Assembly: GCA_022750195.1 (NCBI GenBank)
Contig: JAKIWE010000001.1
Span: 244,672 to 308,671, forward strand
Length of the DNA stretch: 64,000 nucleotides
Origin: Thermoplasmata archaeon
GTDB taxonomy: Archaea; Thermoplasmatota; Thermoplasmata; Lutacidiplasmatales; UBA184
Reading direction: 5' to 3'
In this document: positions 52,723-61,410 of the stretch, in pieces
How the letters are laid out: every line of letters begins with the position of its first letter
Position numbering within the stretch: position 1 is the stretch's first letter
Position numbers and translations under genes: made by a program
Notes under the pieces: generated by a model
The model's input: only the letters and a program-made list of their open reading frames with translations
Told to the model about the DNA's origin: nothing
Database searches by the model: none

Positions 52723-53415
52723 CTATCCCTCGGACGCCGCCGTCCGCAGTCCCCCCCTTGCTCGGGCGCGACGGTGTGGGCCCGGGACGGCGGTCCGGGA
52801 CCCTACCGCGCGTACGTCGAATCGGAAGAACAGGGCGTTCGGGACGGGATGCGGCCAGTAGGGAGTGGTGGGTCGGAACCCGATCCGGCGGTAGAGTTCG
52901 GCCGCCGTTGTCATTCTTGGCAGCGTGTCCAATACTACGGATCGGTACCCGACGCGCCGCGCCTTGTGTAGGAGGGCGAGAGTGAGGCGCCGCCCGACGC
53001 CGCCTGCGCGCGCGGAAGGTCGCACGAACAACCGCTTGAGCTCGGCGACGCCCGCCGTGTGGCGCCGCATCACCACGCAGCCCACCGCTCGCTCGCCGGA
53101 GAAGGCGAGGAACATGGCACCGCCGGGCGGAGCGTACTCGCCCGGGAGCGAGTCGATCTCCCTCTGGAACCGGTGCAGCCCCCGCTCGAGGATCGACGTC
53201 TCGAAATCGGTCACCTCGCGATGAACGCGCATCCATCGCAGGTACTCTCGAAGCAGGCGCCGAACCTCCCGTAGGTCCTGCTCCCTCCACGCCTCCCGGA
53301 CCCGCAGGGTCCCTTGTCGCCCTTCGGACGAGTTCGAGGCGCTAGGCTGGCGAGCTCGTCGAGCCCTCGGCCGCGCGCGTCGACCGCGGCTATCGGCTGG
53401 GTTCGACTCTCCCAT
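52723..53415 (-). CDS. GNAT family N-acetyltransferase
   Basis: VAELKRLFVRPSARAGGVGRRLTLALLHKARRVGYRSVVLDTL...ELYRRIGF. Confidence 0.85.
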   Translation of the reverse strand: MGESNPADSRGRRARPRARRARQPSASNSSEGRQGTLRVREAWREQDLREVRRLLREYLRWMRVHREVTDFETSILERGLHRFQREIDSLPGEYAPPGGAMFLAFSGERAVGCVVMRRHTAGVAELKRLFVRPSARAGGVGRRLTLALLHKARRVGYRSVVLDTLPRMTTAAELYRRIGFRPTTPYWPHPVPNALFFRFDVRAVGSRTAVPGPHRRARARGGLRTAASEG

Positions 53416-54484
53416 CGGCTACGGACCGCTCGCGCGGAGCCACTGGTTCGCCCTCGAAGATGGCGTGGAGTCCCCCCGCGGGGAGGACGCGCCGAAGCCG
53501 GAAGTCGGCCTCGGCGAACAGCCCTCCCATCTCGGCGCGCGTCCGCTCACGGCCGCCGAGCGAGATCATCATGTTGAGGTCGAGCAGTTTGGAAAGGTGG
53601 GGCGCGAGCGTGGCGGGGACCTCCTCGTCGATCACGAGGAGCTTCGACGAGGGGCCGGCCGCGGAGCGCACGGTCCGAAGGATCCTCGTAGCCTCGGCAT
53701 CCGGCCAGTCGTGAAGGATGCAACGCAGCACGTAGGCGTCCGCGCCGGACGGCACCTCCGTGAAGAAGCTCCCGCCGACGACGGAGCACCGCGCGTCCAC
53801 CCCCCGGGCGGCGAGCAGCGGCGCCGCCCCCGCCACGACCTCCGGGAGGTCGAACAGGGTCCCTCGCACCCGAGGGTATTGTGCGAGCACTTCGGCGAGC
53901 AGGGCCCCGTGGCCTCCGCCGATGTCCGCCACCTCGGAGAAGTCTCCGAAGTCGTACGCCGACAAGATCGCGTCGACGCTCGACAGGGAGCCGCTGGTCA
54001 TGGCAGCGTTGAACAAGGCCGCCTCGTCGGGGTGGGTGGCGAAGTACTCGAAGGAGGTCCCTCCGGTGACCGCCACCATCGCGGGCTGGCCGGTGCGGAC
54101 AGCGAACTCCAAGCTCTCGCCGGCCCGGGCGCGGTACGGCCGCAGCACGAAGCGGACGAACGGCGCCACCGAGTCCGGACGGTCCGTGCGCAAGCAGGCC
54201 CCTGCGGTCGTCAATCGGAACACGCGGCTCTCGACTTCCTCCGTGATGCCGACGACGGTCAAGGCCCGCAACAACCGGTAGAGCGACGGGGGATCGACCT
54301 TGAGCTGCTCCGCGAGCTCCTCCGACCGGCCAGCGCGGTCGCCCAGGACGTCGGCGACGCCGAGCTCCACGAAGGCGCGGAGAGCGTCCAGCGACAGTCG
54401 GTGCTCGAAGATCGTCATCCGAAGTCGCGCCGCGGGAGAGGACGTTGGGCCCACCGGCGCCTCGGCTCGGTCTTCCTGTGGCAT
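53390..54484 (-). CDS. O-methyltransferase (COMT/ASMT-like, with dimerisation domain)
   Basis: N-terminal wHTH-like dimerisation domain. VADIGGGHGALLAEVLAQYPRVRGTLFDLPEVV SAM motif. Confidence 0.88.
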   Translation of the reverse strand: MPQEDRAEAPVGPTSSPAARLRMTIFEHRLSLDALRAFVELGVADVLGDRAGRSEELAEQLKVDPPSLYRLLRALTVVGITEEVESRVFRLTTAGACLRTDRPDSVAPFVRFVLRPYRARAGESLEFAVRTGQPAMVAVTGGTSFEYFATHPDEAALFNAAMTSGSLSSVDAILSAYDFGDFSEVADIGGGHGALLAEVLAQYPRVRGTLFDLPEVVAGAAPLLAARGVDARCSVVGGSFFTEVPSGADAYVLRCILHDWPDAEATRILRTVRSAAGPSSKLLVIDEEVPATLAPHLSKLLDLNMMISLGGRERTRAEMGGLFAEADFRLRRVLPAGGLHAIFEGEPVAPRERSVADGRVEPSR

Positions 54485-54526
54485 GGGTTGCCGTCTGCGA
54501 GGCCGGCTCGGTACGTAACAGTTGGT

Positions 54527-54982
54527 TCAGGTCGCGCGCTTCCGCCGCTCGGCGGCTGTGGGCCGCCGCCCCACGGTAATCCAAATACCGTCCGGGTCTC
54601 GTACGCTCGCCATCCACCCCTCGGTGGTCCCGGGATGCCAGCCGGTCGCTCGTCCGCCGTGCCGCCGCAGTTCGGCGTAGACCCGCTCCAGCTTCGCTCG
54701 GCTCGCGACGCCGAGCGTGAAGTCGAGATGGTCGAGGTTGGCGCCGGGGTGGTACGCGCCACCGAACCGCGATCCCTTCGGATACCAGTTGAGCTCGAGG
54801 AGGCGCCGCGAGGAGGGATCCCGCAGCCGGACCCATATCCCCCCGCCCCAGCCGCGCGTATCGCCCCGTCGCACTTCACGCAATCCGAGGGCCTCAGTGT
54901 AGAACCGCACTGATCGAGCGAGGTTCGTTACTCGCAGGCCAACTTGTTCGAACCGCATCGTTCGACCCGTGCCGCCCGACAT
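54527..54982 (-). CDS. VOC (glyoxalase I-like) family protein
   Basis: MRFEQVGLRVTNLARSVRFYTEALGL. The true start may be the ATG at 54958. Confidence 0.85.
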   Translation of the reverse strand: MSGGTGRTMRFEQVGLRVTNLARSVRFYTEALGLREVRRGDTRGWGGGIWVRLRDPSSRRLLELNWYPKGSRFGGAYHPGANLDHLDFTLGVASRAKLERVYAELRRHGGRATGWHPGTTEGWMASVRDPDGIWITVGRRPTAAERRKRAT

Positions 54983-55139
54983 CGGCGGTAGATTTACCGC
55001 TCACCTGGGGCCGACCACAACGTCCGGAGCGAAAGGAGGGAACTTACCCACGTCGGCGAGGGTCTCGAGCGAGAGGTGCCCGGGCCGGTCGACACGGACG
55101 GCGAACAGAGTGCCGGCGGGTCCCGGAGGCGGGGCTCGG

Positions 55140-57452
55140 TCACCCCGCCGACGGTCCGCGGCCGGGAGGCGCCGAGCGTTGCTCCGAGGAGGCGGGCGGG
55201 GGCGCCCCTGGCTCGCCAGACTCCGTCAAGTCGCCAACGCGCGAAGGGTTCGAGGTGGCGAGCTCGGCGGCCGGCCTTGCCTCCCGGGTTGGTACCGTCC
55301 GTCGTTCGTCCGGTTCCCCGGGCGCAGCGCCGGTCCGCGAGTAATAGTCGAAAGCGGGCGCGGCCGCGAAGGCGAGCGCGTAGTAGAGCAGCCAGACGAG
55401 GAGCAACGCTGACGGCAGGCTCAAGTGCACCGACGGGAGGTACCAGTACCGGTACACGCTCACCCCGAGGACCCCGAACAGCGCGAGCGATACCATCGAC
55501 TCGAACCACGACCCCCGTAGCGACCCCGCGAACGCCGCGGAGCGCGAGGGGCGGCCCTCGCGGGTCTTGGGCGTCCGTACAAAACCGATCCGTGCGCCGA
55601 ACGCCGCCCGGATCGCGGCGGAGAGGTCGTTGATCTTGATCGCGTACCAGAAGCCTAGCACGCCGACGACATCCGAGTAGCCGACGTCGGTCGACGAGCG
55701 GAGCGCCACCCGGAGCTTCAGCACGCCATCGAAGAGGAGGAGGACCGGAGCTGCGGAGACGAGGGCGAGCTCCGAGAGGCTCCGCACGGAGAGAAAGACG
55801 CCGAACCAGGAGGCGACGACCACGGTCGCGAGCGCCGCTGCCACGCCGAGGAGGAAGAGCCCGTCGATCCAGAAGACGCGGCTCATCAGGAAATCCGTCC
55901 GCTGACGCTGCGACATGTGGAACGGCACCAGGTTGCGCTGGTTCATCCGGAGCATCTGCCAGCCACCCGTGGCCCAGCGACGGTGCTGCGACCGGGTGGC
56001 GCTCATCGAGGTTGGGGCGAGCCCCCACCCCAGGGTCCTCGGCAGGTAGACTCCTCGCCAGCCGCGGGCGAGAAGTCGGATCGAGAGTTCGGCGTCCTCC
56101 GTGACGCAGCTCTCCGACCAACCGCCCGCGCCCTCGAGCGCGCCCCGGGCCACGAGCCCCATCGTCCCGCAGAAGATCAGCGACTGGGCCCGGGCCCGCA
56201 CCGGCTGGACGACCCGGTAGAAGTACGCGTCCGCGAGGGCGTACCAGCGAGCGAACGACCCGGGTGGGGCGTTCCGGTACGCCTGGGGGGTCTGGACGAA
56301 GCCGACCACGCGGGAACGGAAGGCGGGCACCGTCGCCCGCAGGAAGGCGCGGTCGACGATGTAGTCCGAATCGACGATGGCGATCAGCTCTACTTCCGGG
56401 GGCAACGCGCGCAGCCCGTCGTTCAGCGCACCGCCCTTGAAACCGCGGCGGTTGGTCCGATGACGATAGTCAATCTGGTGGGCCCGGCAGTACTCCCCGA
56501 GGGTCTCCACGGTCCCGGCCTCGGTGGAGTCGTCCAGCAGCTGGACCACGAACCGGTCCCGCGGATAGTCGAGAGCGATGATCGACTCCAAGCAACGGAG
56601 CACGACCTCCGGCGGCTCGTTGTACGAGGCGACCTGGACGGCCACGAACGGATACCGCGGCGGCGCGGTGGCCCCCGGCTCGCTGTGCGTCACGGGGGTC
56701 CGTGTACTTCCGGCGATGTACTCGACGGTGTAGAACTGGTAGGCAAGGAAGAGCAGGAGCCCAAAGATCTCCACGATGAAGAGCACCGCCGCCAAGACCC
56801 AAGCGAACAGGCTCGACGAGCTCAGAACGATCAGGATCGTGAAGCCGAAGAGGCCCGCAGCGACCAGGATCAGTCCCAGCCAAGTCGCGATGCCGGAGAG
56901 CGTCCAGCGGGACGAGCTGCTCAGCCAGCCGACGAGGGCGCCGAGGAACAGCGCGACGAACACGGCGAAGCCGCTCGCGTGGAGGCTCGACCAGTAGTGG
57001 AGCACCTCGAGGCCGTACGTGTGGGCGGGGCCAACCAGCCAGGCGGGAAGGATAGTGCCCAGGTGGGCGACGCCCGGGGTGGTGGCTCCCCCCGCCCGCG
57101 CGAAAGGTAGGGGAACGTTGGAGGTCACGCCGACGATCCACGCCGCCGTCACCCGCTCGAAGGCCAGCGTCGCGAGGGCCACCGCGATGACGGCCGTAGC
57201 CATTCCGAGGAAGACACGGCCGAACGCGGTCACCCCTTCGCTCTTGAACCAGTGCGACCGGGCCCCGGCATGTCGAGGCAGCGTCAGCCAGCCAAGGGCG
57301 ACGAGAATGAGCCCTCCCAGCGTCCAGTCCGACGCGGCTCGAAGCGAGAACCCCTCCCAGGTCTCGGTCCCCGGGGTCAGCCACCGGAACGTGGCCGCTT
57401 GCGCGACGAAGTGGAGCAACAGGGCGAGGAGATTCGCTTCCCATCCGGTCAT
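55140..57452 (-). CDS. Membrane-embedded processive family 2 glycosyltransferase (cellulose/chitin/PNAG synthase-like)
   Basis: VASYNEPPEVV...LLDDSTE, VDSDY, TEDAELS and QHRRWATGG (QxxRW) motifs. Multiple TM segments flank the catalytic domain on both sides. Confidence 0.9.
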   Translation of the reverse strand: MTGWEANLLALLLHFVAQAATFRWLTPGTETWEGFSLRAASDWTLGGLILVALGWLTLPRHAGARSHWFKSEGVTAFGRVFLGMATAVIAVALATLAFERVTAAWIVGVTSNVPLPFARAGGATTPGVAHLGTILPAWLVGPAHTYGLEVLHYWSSLHASGFAVFVALFLGALVGWLSSSSRWTLSGIATWLGLILVAAGLFGFTILIVLSSSSLFAWVLAAVLFIVEIFGLLLFLAYQFYTVEYIAGSTRTPVTHSEPGATAPPRYPFVAVQVASYNEPPEVVLRCLESIIALDYPRDRFVVQLLDDSTEAGTVETLGEYCRAHQIDYRHRTNRRGFKGGALNDGLRALPPEVELIAIVDSDYIVDRAFLRATVPAFRSRVVGFVQTPQAYRNAPPGSFARWYALADAYFYRVVQPVRARAQSLIFCGTMGLVARGALEGAGGWSESCVTEDAELSIRLLARGWRGVYLPRTLGWGLAPTSMSATRSQHRRWATGGWQMLRMNQRNLVPFHMSQRQRTDFLMSRVFWIDGLFLLGVAAALATVVVASWFGVFLSVRSLSELALVSAAPVLLLFDGVLKLRVALRSSTDVGYSDVVGVLGFWYAIKINDLSAAIRAAFGARIGFVRTPKTREGRPSRSAAFAGSLRGSWFESMVSLALFGVLGVSVYRYWYLPSVHLSLPSALLLVWLLYYALAFAAAPAFDYYSRTGAAPGEPDERRTVPTREARPAAELATSNPSRVGDLTESGEPGAPPPASSEQRSAPPGRGPSAG

Positions 57453-57631
57453 CTTGCTCCTCCCTCCTTCGGTCCGATCGACTCGGCCCGCGGCGTCGCC
57501 GCCGCTCGCCTCCCTCGCTGGGGCCGGGTCCCTCCGGCTACGTGAATCGCCGGCGACCTAGGATATGAAACCGAGGCCGGGCGGGGGACCAGTGTGTAAC
57601 CCGGTCCGGGCGCGTCTCCCCCGGTAGCCGC

Positions 57632-57650
57632 CCGGTCGGCGACCGACCGG
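57632..57650 (-). terminator. Hairpin CCGGTCGG-cga-CCGACCGG immediately after the 57651 gene stop
   Basis: 8-bp perfect stem seen directly. Function is inferred. Confidence 0.25.
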
Positions 57651-58343
57651 TTACTTGGGCGGGGTAGAGGGAAGCTGGCCGGTCCGCTCGAGGGCCTCTT
57701 TCAGCTGGCGAAGCCGTCGGGAAAGGATCACGGCCGTGGCGATCATGCCAGCGGCGAGCGCGACCATCGATCCGATGAAGGCGATCGAGAGAAGCAGCGC
57801 GACCTGGAAAAGCCCGCTCGGGAAGGAGAAGCCGCTGCTCCCGTTCCCGCTTCCACCGTTGTTGCCGTTACCGTTGCCATTGCCGCTGTTCGAGGTGACC
57901 GTGAGCGTGGTCGAAGCCGAGGTGTGGCCCGCCGGGCTCGAGCTGTCCGCCACGTCCAGGTGGATGTTGAAGCTGCCCGTGGACGAAGGCTGACAGTTGA
58001 ACGGGTACTGCTGGGAGGAGATCATGACCGGATTGGACGTAGGGGCGCAGTTGCTCGGTGTGTTGTTGAACCAGAGGAAGTAGGGCGCCATCCCCCCCGA
58101 CAACGCGACGCTCCCGCTCGTCTGTGAATTCGCAGAGACGGAGCTCGGCTGGAACGAAAAGCTAGTAATGCTAACCTGAGTGGCGGCGGGCATCGCGAGC
58201 GCGCGACCCACGACCGGCGATGCGACGATTCCGCCGATCGGTCCTGCGATGAAGAGAGTCAGCAGCGCGGTGAGGGCCAGCGCCCCGCACCGACGTTGGA
58301 ATACCGTACGTGTCCTTGCTCGGCGGTCCGCCATTGCGTTCAA
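57651..58343 (-). CDS. Surface-anchored protein, hypothetical
   Basis: N-terminal signal/TM segment, a ~100-aa Ser/Thr-rich beta-like domain with 2 Cys, a GNGNGNGNNGGSGNGSSG linker, a C-terminal TM and a basic tail. Confidence 0.65.
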   Translation of the reverse strand: MNAMADRRARTRTVFQRRCGALALTALLTLFIAGPIGGIVASPVVGRALAMPAATQVSITSFSFQPSSVSANSQTSGSVALSGGMAPYFLWFNNTPSNCAPTSNPVMISSQQYPFNCQPSSTGSFNIHLDVADSSSPAGHTSASTTLTVTSNSGNGNGNGNNGGSGNGSSGFSFPSGLFQVALLLSIAFIGSMVALAAGMIATAVILSRRLRQLKEALERTGQLPSTPPK

Positions 58344-58476
58344 GTGTCGGGGTTTGATATTTCAACATTCGGCGAAGCGTGCAACGTCATCGGTCCGTGG
58401 AGGTCCTCATTCCGGAGCCACCTCGGGTTACGGGCCGTCGAACGCCGATCACGGTCGGTCGCAGTCGAGGTCACAT

Positions 58477-58530
58477 CGCGTTCCTGTCGCTGACACCGCG
58501 CGTTCCCCGCACTCCGTAACGACGCGTTCC
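58477..58530. repeat. Three direct copies of CGCGTTCC spaced 22 and 24 nt apart in an intergenic region
   Basis: Copies at 58477-58484, 58499-58506 and 58523-58530, read directly. Confidence 0.5.
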
Positions 58531-58678
58531 GTCGACAGGCTCGTCGACACGGTTGGACAAAAGAGCCACGGTCACCTGTCGCCCGCGCCGAGCCATGGGA
58601 CGGACAAGTCCAAGGCCTGTAGGAGCATGAGCCGGCGCCCGGTTCAATGATAAATTCGATGATACTCAGTACCGACGC

Positions 58679-58909
58679 GTGAGCGCCAATCCCATGACCA
58701 GCAGTTCGGTCCACGCCGACGTGCTTCACCGGCTTCAGGATAGGAAGTCGGGAAGCAAGACCTGGGACGAGTTCCTCTTGGATCTACTGGAGGACTACGA
58801 CCCTCCCGAGTGGATCGCCGAGATGGATCGACGGAGGCGTCGAGGTCGTGACGTAACGAGGTTGTCCATCGAGCGGACGCATGCGGAGCTCAAACGCCAG
58901 GGCCGATAG
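58679..58909 (+). CDS. Putative antitoxin-like small protein (COG1753/VapB-like pattern)
   Basis: SVHADVLHRLQDRKSGSKTWDEFLLDLL resembles the archaeal 'ISDEAYERLKKLK...SFSEVI' antitoxin pattern. Family assignment is tentative. Confidence 0.5.
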   Translation: MSANPMTSSSVHADVLHRLQDRKSGSKTWDEFLLDLLEDYDPPEWIAEMDRRRRRGRDVTRLSIERTHAELKRQGR

Positions 58910-58912
58910 GCC

Positions 58913-59110
58913 GTGCCGGAACGCCACGTATTCCGAGAGGCAGCGTGGAACGAATTTCGTAGGCCTCCTGCGGAAGTTCGTGAACAATTCGCGTAGGCCA
59001 TCTAGGGCCTGCTTTTCCAGCGGTTCCGACCCGGCCGGGACTGTCGCGTCAAGTGGCTTCGCGAGACTCCAGGGCTCGGGCGTTGTGACTCGACGGTTAC
59101 TTCGAACTAG
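58913..59110 (+). pseudogene. Decayed RelE/ParE-like toxin remnant with two in-frame TAG stops
   Basis: GTG lies 4 nt after the antitoxin stop. VPERHVFREAAWNEFRRPPAEVREQFA-stop-AI-stop-GLLFQRFRPGRDCRVKWLRETPGL. The N-terminus resembles the toxin pattern 'Y.V.F...A.K.L.KLP....RI'. Confidence 0.3.
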
Positions 59111-59630
59111 GGTCTTGGATACGGCCGACCTTGTGATCCCATTCGATCCAGTTGTAGACCGGCGCCTCAACGTTGGTCTGCCAGAGTAAGGCATTGAGTT
59201 CGCCTCGATGCTGGAGTTCCTCTTCCACCAAATGCCACAGGGCTTCTCGTATCGGAATGTGACAATCGTGGCTAGAACCCTTGCCCTTTTCCCTGAAGAT
59301 CGTACGAGAGAGGTCGGCCTCGGTCAGCTCCTTCATGACCCTCCGGATCTGGGTCTGAACATACGCCTCGTCCTTCCTGAGGACTTCGATCGAGGGCGGG
59401 GCGTCGGGGTCCCCGTCCTGCGGCGGAAACTCAAACGTGGCGATGCCTTTCATCCAGAAATAGAGTGCGCCTTGAGAGTGCGCAAAGATGTCGAGGAGCG
59501 AGGGGTACGATGCACCACGATCCCTGGTCAGTTCTGCGGTGGGTAGCTTCGCGAGCGTCTCGATGTAGCCTCGGCGGGCGTCGGCGAGGTAGTCGAACCA
59601 CGCACGAATCGACTCGAGCTCCGAAACCAT
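59097..59630 (-). CDS. DinB/YfiT-like four-helix-bundle protein
   Basis: IRAWFDYLADARRGYIETLAKLP...SLLDIFAHSQGALYFW...EEELQHRGEL. Confidence 0.8.
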   Translation of the reverse strand: MVSELESIRAWFDYLADARRGYIETLAKLPTAELTRDRGASYPSLLDIFAHSQGALYFWMKGIATFEFPPQDGDPDAPPSIEVLRKDEAYVQTQIRRVMKELTEADLSRTIFREKGKGSSHDCHIPIREALWHLVEEELQHRGELNALLWQTNVEAPVYNWIEWDHKVGRIQDPSSK

Positions 59631-59656
59631 CGATACACCGAACGAAGGCTCGCTGA

Positions 59657-60034
59657 CTAAGCCGAGCCCTTGATCAACGCCCCGAACGACTGCTTGCGCT
59701 TGATCTTGCCGTGCTCCACCTCGAAGATGTCGATGTATCGGACGGAGAGTGAGCTTCCGTCCTTCTTCGTCACGTGAGCCGTTCCTTCAGCGACCACGAC
59801 GTTGTTCTCTTCGGTAAGCCGATGAAGCACGTTCCGGAGGTCGTCGTCTCCGTAATTCTTGATGTGGGCATCCTTCCCTCGGGTAACTGCCCCTGAGGCG
59901 GGTACCCCGTCGCCCCACTCTACCCATTCCACATCGTCGGCCAGCAATGAGCCGAGCTTCGATTTGTCAGCGGTGGCCAGGTAGGTCTCGATGAGCTGCT
60001 TGTTCGGGCTCAATCCCGCCATGACCACCTGCAC
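59657..60034 (-). CDS. SnoaL/NTF2-like fold protein
   Basis: NKQLIETYLATADKSKLGSLLADDVEWVEWGD...YIDIFEVEHGKIKR. Confidence 0.8.
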   Translation of the reverse strand: MQVVMAGLSPNKQLIETYLATADKSKLGSLLADDVEWVEWGDGVPASGAVTRGKDAHIKNYGDDDLRNVLHRLTEENNVVVAEGTAHVTKKDGSSLSVRYIDIFEVEHGKIKRKQSFGALIKGSA

Positions 60035-60219
60035 CGCCGGCCTTCATTATGTACGCACCGTGCCCTCGAAACCAAGACAGTTGGACGGCAAGAATCGGCG
60101 ACGGTGACGCCAGGATCTTGAGTCCACCCCCACGGTACAGAAACTACCCCCGGAATCCTGATGCCCGCCCGAGGCGACACGAGATTCACCATGGGATAGC
60201 CCCCGACGGAGTCGAGTCT

Positions 60220-60234
60220 TAGCCCCGAGCGGAT
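60220..60234 (-). repeat. 15-nt exact copy of the 3' end of the tRNA-Gln gene (att-like)
   Basis: tagccccgagcggat is identical to 61558-61572. Confidence 0.55.
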
Positions 60235-60518
60235 CTGCTAGCTGCCACAGAATCAAGGGGATACAATCCACGGGCGAGAGTATTCTGCGCCACGAGGATA
60301 GGTAACGTAATTTTGCACTGTCTCCCGCCATTGCTCGTCCCAGCCGCCCCGTAAAGGTACGGCCGACCCGGAGATCCGCAGTGCCCAGAAATGTTCGGGG
60401 CGCAGGCCCGTCAGAGCCCGGACCGTCCACAGATCCTTCGAGGCAATGGGTCTCGACGAGAAGCTACTGCCCTCCGTGCCCTTCTATAGCGACGCCGCAA
60501 TCGCTGGGGTCGGGGAAG

Positions 60519-60816
60519 TTGGTGCCGGATTGCGACAGTGTCCACGAACAGCTCGATCGGTTCGCGAACGCTGAAATCCGTGTTGGGACCCTCCCGTCAT
60601 GGACCCGTGTCCAAGGTAGAGTCGCCTGGACTGTCTGGAGAGGGCCCCTAGACATGCTCGGTGAAGCTTGGGTCTTTTTTTTATCGAAAGGTCCGAGCTG
60701 GGCATCCGGGCCCCCCGGACGGTCCGCCAGGGGAGGTCTTTGTCTGTCGACCCGAGGACCATGCCGCCGACGCTCAGAGCCGGCTCCTGACACTGCTGTA
60801 CCTGCCGATCGAGTAG
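60519..60816 (+). pseudogene. GyrI-like (SHS2 repeat) small-molecule-binding domain fragment, frameshifted in a T8 run
   Basis: Frame 0 reads ...AEIRVGTLPSW...VWRGPLDMLGEAWVFF. After the T8 run at 60675-60682 the sense continues in the +1 frame as ...GHPGPPDGPPGEVFVCRPEDHAADAQSRLLTLLYLPIE-stop. Confidence 0.4.
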
Positions 60817-60929
60817 GCAATCGACCTTGTCGGAACGCTCACTTGACCCAAGGGACCCATTGAGTGACGATGCCCCTTTGGATCGAGGTCAGTCGCAGTA
60901 CCCGATGGCCCTCTGACGCGTTCGAACAA

Positions 60930-60953
60930 TAACCCCGAGCGGACTCGAACCGC
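60930..60953 (-). repeat. 24-nt degenerate copy (22/24) of the tRNA-Gln 3' end (T arm plus acceptor)
   Basis: taaccccgagcggactcgaaccgc compared with tagccccgagcggattcgaaccgc at 61558-61581. I could not find a matching 5' acceptor strand or anticodon arm. Confidence 0.55.
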
Positions 60954-61098
60954 CTACGTCCCCCGGTTCCGATTCCGGCGGCCGCGGTGCCCTAGGTTGC
61001 AACGAACATTGCGGGGGAGTCGCTAACGACGGAGTCCCACCTACCCCCTAAGTACGTAGCACGATTCCTCGAGGCCAGAGCAGGCCCCCAATCAGCGA

Positions 61099-61410
61099 TT
61101 GGAGACGGAGTGTGTGGAAGGCTCCATGGTTTCAGAATCGGAGGTGAGGAGGCGATTTACGCCAGTAGGGACCCTGGATTCCATTCTCGAGGAGGAGCAG
61201 GCTCGAGAACGGTGGTCGGACAACCGTCATCTTGTTCACTACTTACCCCTCGGGGTCGTCACTGCGGGAGCCGGGTCGTACCTCATCCTTTGGCACCCCG
61301 GGATCAGTGTGACAGCCGGCATCGAACTGGGCCTGGGCTATTGGGCTATCGTTGCGATTGGGAGCGTCATCCTGGTGCGCGCGTGGAGGTTTCGCGGCCC
61401 CCCCCGCTGA
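61099..61410 (+). CDS. Small two-TM hypothetical protein
   Basis: LVHYLPLGVVTAGAGSYLILW and GIELGLGYWAIVAIGSVILV segments. Lies inside the tRNA-flanked islet. Confidence 0.3.
   Translation: METECVEGSMVSESEVRRRFTPVGTLDSILEEEQARERWSDNRHLVHYLPLGVVTAGAGSYLILWHPGISVTAGIELGLGYWAIVAIGSVILVRAWRFRGPPR

Noticed and set aside
57834-57893. Short tandem DNA repeat (gttgcc/gttacc-like units) seen as a possible microsatellite or CRISPR-like feature.
   Set aside because: It lies inside a well-supported ORF and simply encodes the GNGNGNGNNGGSGNGSSG linker. There is no repeat-spacer architecture.
58994-59005. Two in-frame TAG codons read as pyrrolysine or stop-codon recoding.
   Set aside because: TAG serves as an ordinary stop for clearly intact genes in this window, for example scpB and the antitoxin-like ORF. 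No pyl genes or methylamine methyltransferases are present. Pseudogene decay is the simpler reading.
60930-61040. Possible second, intron-containing tRNA gene around the T-arm-like sequence GGCGGTTCGAGTCCGCTCGGGGTTA.
   Set aside because: I tried several registers. No 5' acceptor strand (RRYYYYG) sits at a workable distance with a proper D arm. The CCGG-aatcggaa-CCGG hairpin has an 8-nt loop without U33. It is better explained as a duplicated tRNA-Gln 3' fragment, and a covariance search should confirm this.
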